This document shows positions 28,386 to 37,600 of a stretch of DNA of 41,282 nt, one piece after another. The translations under genes and the position numbers were made by a program. The DNA is from Parachlamydiales bacterium (GTDB taxonomy: Bacteria; Chlamydiota; Chlamydiia; Chlamydiales; SM23-39), in the NCBI GenBank assembly GCA_016935395.1, contig JAFGQY010000060.1, forward strand, positions 1-41,282. The letters run 5' to 3'. Each line of letters opens with the position of its first letter. Positions within the stretch are counted from its first letter, which is position 1. Below the pieces are notes generated by a model. The model was not told the origin of the DNA. It saw only the letters and a list, made by a program, of their open reading frames with translations, and ran no database searches.

Positions 28386-29839
28386 TTTTTTAAAAAGTTA
28401 TTAATCTCATCTACAGAATTATCTTTTTTATCTTCTAAAGCATACAAAAGATCTGCTATAGGACTAGGTCCAATTTTTTTATAAAGCATATTTCCACTTT
28501 TATCAAAAACAACAGCTGTAGGCATAGCAGAGATTTTATACTTGCTTGCAATTTCTTTGCTTGTATCAACGTTCACTTTTAAAATCTTCACTTTACCTGA
28601 TAACTTATTAGCAGTTTCGTGCAATACAGGAGCCAATCTTTGACATGGTTTACACCAAGTAGCATAAAAATCTACTACCACTGGTATTTTGGTATTATAA
28701 ACTTCTTTTTCAAATTGATTCATTGTCTCAACATTATAAACAGCTGCTAAAACAGGTGAAACCAGATAATCTTTCTTTTCATTTTTAACCGTTTTAAAAC
28801 CTTCTAAGTAGTTTTGAGCAGAAATAGCAGCTTTTGCTCCATCGCCAGCAGCAGTTATTGCCTGTTTGTATATTGGATCTACAATATCCCCTATTGCATA
28901 AACGCCTTCAACAGAAGTTTGTCCACCATCTTTTACCTTGATATATCCCTTTTCGTCTAATTGCAATTTATCTTTAAATATTTTTGTGTTTGGAGTAGAT
29001 CCTGTTGCTAAAAATATACCATCAACATTTAAAACAGATTCTTTATTAGTTTTATTGTTTTTTAACTTTATACTATGAACAAGTTCATCATCTCCATTTA
29101 TTGAAGATAAAACAGAGTTGTATACAACATTAATATTTTGTCTATCTTCCAAAGCTTTAACTTTGTTTAAATCTTTAGCTGACAGTTTATCTTTTCTGAC
29201 AACAACATAAACATTTTTAGCAATATTTGATAAATAGTTGGCTTCTAAAACAGCAGAGTCTCCTCCACCGACTACAACAACATTTTTATTTTCATATAAA
29301 GAACCATCACAAACAGCGCAATTTGAAACGCCTCTTCCCCAATAATTTTTTTCTCCGGGAACATTTATGTAATTTGAAGATGTGCCCATCGCAATAATGC
29401 AAGATCTAGCTTTAATAACTTCAGTTTTATTTCTAAATAGATCTTTAACTGTGATTTTAAAAGGTCTACTTGAAAAATCGACATCAACAACTTCTTTGGA
29501 AATTATTTTACATCCATTAACTTCGGCCTGATTTTTAACTCTATCCATTAACTCGATGCCAGAAATTTTCACCTCTCCCGGCCAATTTTCAACAGAATGT
29601 GATTGGGTAATCATTCCTCCAGGAGTATTGCCTTCAATAATAACCGGTTTATATCCAGCTCTAGATAAGTAAATACCGGAAGTTAATGCTCCAACGCCCC
29701 CACCTAGAATTGCTACGCAATATTCTTCTTCAGAACACTTTGCAGGTTTTTTAATATCTTTTGCATTTTGCGCATTTAAAGAAAAAGATGAGCAAACAAA
29801 AGCAATTAAAAAAAATGTTTTTAAAATAAATTTTTTCAT
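28379..29839 (-). CDS. Thioredoxin reductase-thioredoxin fusion protein with N-terminal signal-peptide-like segment
   Basis: 486 aa. Motifs are FAD ILGGGVGALTSG, VENWPG, redox-active CAVCDG, NAD(P)H VVGGGDSAVLEA and AIGDIV..YKQAITAAGDG, followed by a thioredoxin fold with WCKPC. The N-terminus is MKKFILKTFFLIAFVCSSFSLNA/QNA. A GAGGG Shine-Dalgarno lies 4-5 nt upstream of the ATG. Confidence 0.85.
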   Translation of the reverse strand: MKKFILKTFFLIAFVCSSFSLNAQNAKDIKKPAKCSEEEYCVAILGGGVGALTSGIYLSRAGYKPVIIEGNTPGGMITQSHSVENWPGEVKISGIELMDRVKNQAEVNGCKIISKEVVDVDFSSRPFKITVKDLFRNKTEVIKARSCIIAMGTSSNYINVPGEKNYWGRGVSNCAVCDGSLYENKNVVVVGGGDSAVLEANYLSNIAKNVYVVVRKDKLSAKDLNKVKALEDRQNINVVYNSVLSSINGDDELVHSIKLKNNKTNKESVLNVDGIFLATGSTPNTKIFKDKLQLDEKGYIKVKDGGQTSVEGVYAIGDIVDPIYKQAITAAGDGAKAAISAQNYLEGFKTVKNEKKDYLVSPVLAAVYNVETMNQFEKEVYNTKIPVVVDFYATWCKPCQRLAPVLHETANKLSGKVKILKVNVDTSKEIASKYKISAMPTAVVFDKSGNMLYKKIGPSPIADLLYALEDKKDNSVDEINNFLKNY

Positions 29840-29939
29840 ATTACCCTCATATTCTGTCTAGACTTATTATACTAAATAACTCTTACTTGTTAAAAGAAAA
29901 AAAATCGGTTATAATCAGTTATTAAACCACGAATTTATA

Positions 29940-31766
29940 ATGGTAACAAATTTTTTAAAAAAAATAAATTCATTCTTTTCAAATTTCATTAACCAAACTG
30001 TTAATACTAATCATTTTTTTTTCATATTCTTTTTTTTATTGCTCAGTTTGTTAGGTTTTCTCAAAGCATCCTTTTTATTTACAATTTATTCTACGCTTCA
30101 AGCTCTTTTATTAACTTTGATTCTGCTATTTATAGATAGCATCATAAAATCAAAGTTTTTAAAAAAAATATATATAGCTATTATCTTTTTTATACTTTTG
30201 TTTTACTTTGCAAATTATATTTTAGTTTGTCTGATGGACGCTTCTTTAATATTTGCATTTAGAATGTTTTTTTCAGGCGGATTAGAAAACTTTTTTATAA
30301 CTCTTCGAGCTGTAAATTTTAATTTTAGTATATCCGTGATAATACTTTCTTTAGTAGCTCTAATACCCACTGTTGGAATATTACTTTATCAAATCACACA
30401 CAAAATAAAGCTTTTTAAGAAGTTAAAATCCATAACCTATAAACATTTATTGATATCAACATTGTCAATCTTATTTTTGCTAATTTCAATAGATATTTCT
30501 GTAAATAAATCAAATAATTTTAATATTGAAAAAAACCAAAAAAGACTTCCTTTAGGATCTAATATAATTTCAGCTACAACCACCCCTACTAAAAAGTTTT
30601 TAATAAAACCCAAAAATAGCGAACTATTATTAAATGATTTAAAAATCAATAATTTAAAACTTAAGGAAAAACCCAACATTATTATTTTTGTTGTTGAAAC
30701 AACAAGAAAAGATTTTATAACAGAAGATATAGCCCCTAACTTATTTGCATTTAAAAATGAAAACATAAGTTTTGAAAAATCTTACTCTTCTGCTAACAAT
30801 ACAGCAGCATCTTGGTTTTCAATTTTCCATTCAAATCACTCTTTATTTTGGACTGAAACTAAAAAAACAAACGAGATTGGATCAATTCCATTAAATGTTT
30901 TCAAAAAATTAGGTTATAAAATTAATGTATATACTTCTAGTGAAATGACTTACTTTCAAATGGATAAACTAATTTTTGGAAAAAACAGATCTTTAGCAGA
31001 TAATTTTTTTGATTTTTCCAAAACATCTACAAACCCTGCTAATAGGGATTTTGATACTATAAATGCTTTTAAAAATGATCTTTTAGATGATAACAATAAA
31101 AAATCAAATATTTTTATTGTCTTTCTAGACTCCCCTCATTCAGATTATGCCTGGCATGAAAGCTATACACCTAAAAAATATCCATTTGCAAAGCAGTTAA
31201 ATTACATAACTCTTTCACAATCAAGAAAAGATCTACCACTTATTATAAATAGATACAAAAACTCCCTTGGATATATAGACTATCTTTTCTCTGATGTTGT
31301 AAAAACATTAAAAAACAAAAACATTTATGATGATTCAATAATTGTATTTACAGGCGATCATGGAGAAGAATTTGATGAAAATGGAGCTCTTTTCCATTCC
31401 TCGCACTTAAATGAATATCAACTATCTGTTCCTATCTTTTACAAGCTTAGTAGTAAAAAATCTATTTCTACAAACATAACTTCTCACATAGATATTTTCC
31501 CGACTCTGCTGCACATAGTTACAGATATTGATTTTTCAAAATATTTCAATGGAAGCTCAATTTTTTCTAAAGATATTAATAATTATACAATCTCTGTAAA
31601 TCAAAAAGGAGCTCTGCCCCCTGATGAGGTTTTAATTACATATGAAAATAATTCATCATCCGGCTCTATTAAAAATCGAGATAACTTAAATTACTTTGAA
31701 CTTTTTGTTGATCCTTTAGAAAATTTAGATAATGAAATATTAAAAGATATTACAAGCTATAAATAA
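29940..31766 (+). CDS. Membrane-anchored alkaline-phosphatase-superfamily (sulfatase-fold; EptA/LtaS/YejM-like) protein, paralog 2
   Basis: 608 aa with the same architecture as 26499-28385. Blocks are FVVETTRKDFITEDIAPN, NRYKNSLGYIDYLF, FTGDHGEEF and HIDIFPT. It shares a 25-nt exact match with paralog 1. Confidence 0.6.
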   Translation: MVTNFLKKINSFFSNFINQTVNTNHFFFIFFFLLLSLLGFLKASFLFTIYSTLQALLLTLILLFIDSIIKSKFLKKIYIAIIFFILLFYFANYILVCLMDASLIFAFRMFFSGGLENFFITLRAVNFNFSISVIILSLVALIPTVGILLYQITHKIKLFKKLKSITYKHLLISTLSILFLLISIDISVNKSNNFNIEKNQKRLPLGSNIISATTTPTKKFLIKPKNSELLLNDLKINNLKLKEKPNIIIFVVETTRKDFITEDIAPNLFAFKNENISFEKSYSSANNTAASWFSIFHSNHSLFWTETKKTNEIGSIPLNVFKKLGYKINVYTSSEMTYFQMDKLIFGKNRSLADNFFDFSKTSTNPANRDFDTINAFKNDLLDDNNKKSNIFIVFLDSPHSDYAWHESYTPKKYPFAKQLNYITLSQSRKDLPLIINRYKNSLGYIDYLFSDVVKTLKNKNIYDDSIIVFTGDHGEEFDENGALFHSSHLNEYQLSVPIFYKLSSKKSISTNITSHIDIFPTLLHIVTDIDFSKYFNGSSIFSKDINNYTISVNQKGALPPDEVLITYENNSSSGSIKNRDNLNYFELFVDPLENLDNEILKDITSYK

Positions 31767-31767
31767 T

Positions 31768-32199
31768 TTACTTTGCAGTTTTTAAATTACAAACAGCCTT
31801 TTCAAGAGCTATTCGTTCTTCTTCTTTAATTTTTTTCAGATTATCAAGCTCGTTTTTATACTCTACAAGTTTTTTATGATGCTCATCGCTAATACATGAA
31901 AAAGTATCTTCGAATTTTTCACCTGTTTGCATACATTTAAGCTGAGCTTCTTGTTTATGACATTTACAAATAAGCAGTTCTTTTTGAAGATCTACTTCAA
32001 TAGTTTGTATTTTAATCTCATCTCGTTTTAAGTTACCTTCTAAAATTTTAACTTTATTTTCCCAATATTTTTTAGGAGCTAACTTTTTTTGAACATTTTC
32101 TGAATTCCAGATCAAAAAGCAAGAGGCTAAGATGATTAAAGAATTTACTAATACTAATGTTAATTTTTTAAAATTAAAGAGGAATTTTTTACTTGTCAT
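31768..32199 (-). CDS. Hypothetical N-terminally membrane-anchored coiled-coil protein (143 aa, 6 Cys)
   Basis: N-terminal TM segment (LTLVLVNSLIILASCFLIW) followed by a K/E-rich helical region containing CKCHKQEAQLKC. No family recognised. Confidence 0.45.
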   Translation of the reverse strand: MTSKKFLFNFKKLTLVLVNSLIILASCFLIWNSENVQKKLAPKKYWENKVKILEGNLKRDEIKIQTIEVDLQKELLICKCHKQEAQLKCMQTGEKFEDTFSCISDEHHKKLVEYKNELDNLKKIKEEERIALEKAVCNLKTAK

Positions 32200-32423
32200 A
32201 ACAAATTTTTCCCCATTTGAATTTTTATGAAAAAGTCAACTACATTCTATATGAAATATAATAAAAACTCAATTTATAAAAATCTGTTTTTTTTAAATAA
32301 TTTTTTATCAGTGACATATATTATTCATTTAAGTTATAGTTCTTGAGCAAGAGAATGAATTTATTTTTAGGAAGGTAAATATCAAACTAAAAGTTATGTT
32401 CACCTACAAGCTGGGGCTATAAA

Positions 32424-33968
32424 ATGAACGAAAAGGGTTTTTCAAAAATCCGATCGTTTCTATGGCCGATTCACAGGCATGAACTTATAAAATTTGTGCC
32501 GATATTGATTCTTTTCTTTTTGATCTCTTTCAACTACCACATATTAAAAATATTAAAAGATACTTTAATTATTACTGCCAAAAATTCTGGAGCTGAAGTA
32601 ATCCCATTTTTAAAAGTCTGGGCTATACTTCCCTCCGCCATACTTTTGACCTATTTATTTACAAAGCTCTCATCCAAATTCAATAGAGAAAATATTTTTT
32701 ATGTGATGATGAGTATATTTTTAGGATTTTTTGTATTATTTATTTTTGTACTTTATCCTAAAGGAAATACTTTTAATTTAAATAATTTTGCAGATTTATT
32801 AACTTTAAAACTTCCTAGTGGTTTTAAAGGTTTTATTGCAATAGTTAGATATTGGCATTTTTCACTTTTTTATATTATGGCAGAAGCCTGGTCAACAATA
32901 ATGCTATCACTTCTTTTATGGGTGTTTGTAGTTGACGTATTAGCAATTTCAGAAGCAAAAAGATTTTATGCTTTTTTTGGAACCTCAAGGAATTTAGCAG
33001 GTGTCTTAAGTGGAATTTTAGGTCAATATTTAGCGACTAAAGCTACCATTTGCGATAACGGTTTCTTTACTTTTGCAAAGTTTTTTGGTTGCAACACAGC
33101 ATGGGATCAAACCATGTTTGTATTCATGACAATGATTATTCTTTGTGGAATCGCCATAATGATCCTTTATAGATTTTTACATGTTAAAGTTTTCCCTAAA
33201 AGGCATCTTTTAGGAGGTGATATTAACAAGAAAGGAAAACAAAAAATTTCCTTCAAAAAAAGCATCCTATATGCTGTTAAATCAAAATATGTTTTATACA
33301 TTACTATAATAGTACTTTCTTATAATATTTTAATAAATCTAACAGAAGTTTTGTGGAAATCTCAATTAAGAGAGCTTCATCCTAGTTCCTCTGCTTATAC
33401 CGCTTATAACAGTAAAATAACTTATTTAATTGGAATGATAGCTGCATTTTCTTCATTTTTTGTATCAGGTAATTTAGTTAGACGGCTTGGATGGAAGATT
33501 ACAGCGTTAGTTACACCAATAACCTTAATGTTAACAGGCATTGGCTTTTTCTATTTTCTTTTTTTAAAAAGATATGCAGATAATACCAATATAGCATTCA
33601 CTTTATTTGGACTTTCTCCACTTGCATTAGCTGTCTTTTTCGGCTCGTTTCAAAACGTCTTTTCAAGAGCGTTAAAATACACCGTATTTGATGACACAAA
33701 AGAAATGGCATTTATTCCTCTTTCTTCTGAAGAAAAGCTTCAAGGAAAATCTGCCATAGATGGAATAGGATCACGCCTTGGAAAATCAGGAAGCTCATTT
33801 TTAATGCAAATCCTTATAATTGCGTTTGCAACACCAATAGGCGCATCTCCTTATATTTTAGGAATAGTATTATTAATCCTCCCTATCTGGATAATAGCTA
33901 TTAACAGACTATCTAAAAAATTCGAAGAAAAAACCGCTGTTAAAACCCAAGAAATTGAAACAACTTAA
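32424..33968 (+). CDS. Npt/Tlc family nucleotide transporter (ATP/ADP translocase-like)
   Basis: 514 aa with about 12 TM segments. The N-terminal block IRSFLWPIHRHELIKFVPILILFFLISFNYHILKILKDTLII is characteristic of the chlamydial/rickettsial/plastid nucleotide transport protein family. Substrate specificity cannot be inferred. Confidence 0.9.
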   Translation: MNEKGFSKIRSFLWPIHRHELIKFVPILILFFLISFNYHILKILKDTLIITAKNSGAEVIPFLKVWAILPSAILLTYLFTKLSSKFNRENIFYVMMSIFLGFFVLFIFVLYPKGNTFNLNNFADLLTLKLPSGFKGFIAIVRYWHFSLFYIMAEAWSTIMLSLLLWVFVVDVLAISEAKRFYAFFGTSRNLAGVLSGILGQYLATKATICDNGFFTFAKFFGCNTAWDQTMFVFMTMIILCGIAIMILYRFLHVKVFPKRHLLGGDINKKGKQKISFKKSILYAVKSKYVLYITIIVLSYNILINLTEVLWKSQLRELHPSSSAYTAYNSKITYLIGMIAAFSSFFVSGNLVRRLGWKITALVTPITLMLTGIGFFYFLFLKRYADNTNIAFTLFGLSPLALAVFFGSFQNVFSRALKYTVFDDTKEMAFIPLSSEEKLQGKSAIDGIGSRLGKSGSSFLMQILIIAFATPIGASPYILGIVLLILPIWIIAINRLSKKFEEKTAVKTQEIETT

Positions 33969-34150
33969 TTTATCTTAGAAAAGATTATTTCTATGTCTTT
34001 ATATATAAATTATTTATATTTATTTAATAATAATGTAAAATAATTATTTTAATTTCATATTTAATTACATCATTATAATGATTATTTTAGTAATTATTAA
34101 AAAACTCATATGATATAATGTTTAGTAAATTTTTAATACAAAGGAAACAA

Positions 34151-34669
34151 ATGTCTGTAAGCCCAACAGTAAGTGACAATTATTTTCTACCAATTCCTCC
34201 TGATGAAGATGAGGAAGAGTTAGAAATTTTGCTCTATCCCCACGAAGGAGCTATTAGTAGCATATCTTTCTCTGATATGTCATCCAGAGGTTCAACTGGA
34301 CTTGCAAAGCTATTTGAATCTTTAGATTTAGATGAAAAAGAGAACCCTTCGCAAGAATCCCCTGAAGTACCTGCTAGAAAAGCAAGAAGAGTTTTTCATA
34401 AAACTCTATTAGAAGATGTGGAAAGCGAAGAAGAAGAAGAAGAAGAATATAGAGGTGTATTTCGGCAAGATCAAGAAGCTCATCACCTACAGCAAACACA
34501 AAGAAGACCTTATCAAGATATCGAAGAATATGATGATGCTGAATCAAAAAAGCCTAGAAAAGATCCACCGTGTGCATTAAAATATCATTCACGAGTCCAC
34601 CCAGAAAAATATAAAGAAAGATTGTTTCAGGCTCGCCAAAGAAAAAAAGATAATCAACTTTATTATTAA
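34151..34669 (+). CDS. Hypothetical acidic, low-complexity (probably disordered) protein
   Basis: The ATG at 34151 is preceded by AAGGAA, and the ORF-track start at 34118 lacks a Shine-Dalgarno. The 172-aa product is rich in E/D/S/P/R, with an EEEEEEE run and the basic clusters RKARR, KKPRKD and RQRKKD. It has no hydrophobic core segments. Confidence 0.5.
   Translation: MSVSPTVSDNYFLPIPPDEDEEELEILLYPHEGAISSISFSDMSSRGSTGLAKLFESLDLDEKENPSQESPEVPARKARRVFHKTLLEDVESEEEEEEEYRGVFRQDQEAHHLQQTQRRPYQDIEEYDDAESKKPRKDPPCALKYHSRVHPEKYKERLFQARQRKKDNQLYY
34427..34447 (+). repeat. (GAA)7 trinucleotide repeat encoding poly-Glu
   Basis: Seven consecutive in-frame GAA codons read directly from the sequence. 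Confidence 0.95.
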
Positions 34670-34685
34670 AATTTATAAAATATAA

Positions 34686-37600
34686 TTACTGCTCTTTTTT
34701 CTCAGCCATTTTTTTATAAAACTTAAGTTTTTCTTTCAAATGATCCGATAGTTCTTTATGTAGCCTGTCAGCATCCTCAGGATGTGATTTTTTCAAATAA
34801 TCATATCGAATTTGATTTGAGATAAATTTTTCAACATCAAGAGTCGGATCTTTAGAATCTAAAATAAACGGATTTTTCCCCTGTTCTTTTAGTCTTGGAT
34901 CATATCTAAAATTAACCCAATAGCCTGATTCTACAGCCTCTTTTTCTTCTGTTTGAGATCCTGACATTCCGCATTTAAGACCATGAGCAATGCATGGAGA
35001 GAAAGCTATTATCAAAGATGGACCTTTATAGCTTTCAGCCTCTTGAAAAGCTCTCAAAACTTGCATTTTATCAGAGCCCATAGAAATAGCTGCAACGTAC
35101 ACATTTCCATAAGTCATAGCCATCAGAGCTAAATCCTTTTTAAATGTTCTTTTACCAGCTGCTGCAAATTTAGCAATAGCACTCAGTGGAGTTGCTTTGG
35201 AAGATTGTCCACCCGTATTGGAATAAACCTCAGTATCTAAAACTAAAATATTCATATCGTGGCCTAAAGCTAATACATGATCCAAACCACCATATCCAAT
35301 ATCATATGCCCATCCATCCCCGCCAAGGCACCAAATAGAAGGTTTGATTAATAGATCTTTTTGTTTGTAAATATCTTTTAAAATCTCATTTTTATCTTTT
35401 TCTTTTTCCAATTTTTCAATTACTTTATCAGCAAAAATTTGTGTATTTTCTCCTTCATCAAAATTTTTAAGCCACTCGGAAAATACTTCTTTTAATTCGT
35501 CAGAGATATTCGCTGTGATTACCTGTTCAACCAAAATTTTAAGTGAATGTCTTCTATATGTTTCCCCTAAATGAATACCGAACCCATATTCTGCATTATC
35601 TTCGAAAAGTGAATTTGCCCAAGCAGGTCCTCTGCCTTTTTCGTCTACTGTGTAAGGAACAGATGGAGGATAAGCTCCATAAATTGATGTACAACCAGTT
35701 GCATTAGCAATAATCATTCTAGATCCATAAAGCTGCGTTAAAAGTTTGATATAAGGTGTTTCTCCGCATCCAGCACAAGCACCTGAAAATTCAAAAAGCG
35801 GTTTTTTAAATTGAGATCCTTTTAAAGTAAATTTCCCCATAACACCTTCTCTTGAAGGAAGATTTATTAAATAATCCCAAAGCTTACCATTTATTTGTTT
35901 AACTTCTTCGATCGGTTTCATTTGAAGAGCTTTTCCTTTGGGAGCCGGACATACAATAACGCAGTTAGTACAACCAGTGCAATCATATGGTGTAATTGCA
36001 ATACAAAAATGTAAATTTTCCATTCCTTTGCCAAGAGGTTTAAGAACTTTTAAACCTTCCGGAGCATTTTTTACTTCTTCATCAGTTAATAAAAATGGTC
36101 TGATGGCAGCGTGAGGACAAACAAAAGAACACTGATTACATTGTATACAGTTTTCCGGTATCCAGGTAGATACCTGAGTTGCAAGTCCTCTTTTTTCATA
36201 CTTAGATGTTCCCATTGGGAAAACTCCAGCTCGAGTAAATTTACTAACCGGCAGGACATCTCCTTCTAATGCGGATAATACATCGACAACCTCTTTAATG
36301 AATTCAGGCCTAGACATATCAACTTCTCTTTCTTTTAAAGGAGCTTCTTTCCAAGAAGAAGGATATTTAATTTCTTTTAATTCCTTCAAGGCGCTATCAA
36401 CAGCATTTTTATTCATATTAACAACAGCGTCGCCTTTTTTAGCGTAAGTTTTTTCTATAGCGTCTTTTAAAAGTTTTATAGCTTCATCAATTGGAAGTAT
36501 TTTTGAAAGTGAGAAAAATATTGTCTGCATAATCATATTAATGCGCATTTCAAGCCCCAATTTTGCAGCTAAGTCATTTGCATTTATTATGTAAAACTTA
36601 ACCTCTTTCTCAGCGATTTTTCTTTTCATTTCAGCTGGAATTTTCTCTTCTATTTCTTTTTCAGACCAAGGACAATTTAAAACGAAAATACCACCTTTTT
36701 TTATTCCTTTTATAAGATCATATCTATTTACATATGCGGGATGATGACACGCTATATAATCTGCATTTGTAATTTCATATGTAGATCTTATTTTAGAATC
36801 TCCAAATCTTAAATGTGATATTGTATATCCAGATGTTTTTTTAGAATCATATGCAAAATATCCTTGAACATTTTTTTCTGTATTATCGCCAATAATTTTT
36901 ATAGCATCTTTATTAGCTCCAATTGTTCCATCGCCTCCCATTCCCCAAAATTTACAGCAAACAACATCTTTAGCTTCAGTATTCAGATCTTCTTTTACAT
37001 CCAAAGAAGTATGAGTTACATCATCTACAATACCTACTGTAAAATGGTTTTTAGGATTTTCTAATTTTAAATTATCAAAAACTGCTTTTACCATTGAAGG
37101 TGTAAACTCTTTTGAGCCGAGTCCGTATCTTCCACCAACTATCGTTCTATTATCTTTTGCATTTTGAAAAGAGGTGCAAACATCTAAATAAAGGGGCTCT
37201 GCAATAGATGTTGGCTCTTTTGTTCTGTCTAAAACAGCTATCTTTTGAGCAGATGCTGGAATAGCTTTTAAAAATTCATCCATAACAAAAGGTCTAAAAA
37301 GTCTAACTTTTAAAACTCCAACTTTTTCTTTTTTCCCATTTAAATAATCAACAGTTTCTTCAATAGTTTCTAAACCGGATCCCATAGCAATAATTATTCT
37401 GTCAGCATCTTTGGCTCCATAATAATCAAAAAAATTATACTTTCTTCCGGTAAGTTTAAAAAGTAGATCAAATTGCTCTTTTACTATTTCAGGAACTTTT
37501 TGATAAAAGGGATTCAAAGCTTCCATGCTTTGAAAATAAATATCAGGATTTTGGCCACCTACTTTTACATATGGTTTATTGGGATTGAGTGCTCTTTTTC

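Noticed and set aside
32424-33968. Rickettsiales or plastid origin, suggested by the Tlc/Npt transporter
   Set aside because: The SWIB protein, plant-type GPAT, Inc-like proteins and Chlamydia-like gene order fit Chlamydiae better. Shine-Dalgarno sites, overlapping operons and the prfB frameshift exclude a eukaryotic nuclear origin.
34069-34082. Perfect 14-bp palindrome ATCATTATAATGAT upstream of the acidic ORF
   Set aside because: Apart from one C:G pair per half-site it is made of A/T, and it sits in a spacer that is almost 100% A/T, so it is expected by chance. It most likely just contains a -10-like TATAAT.
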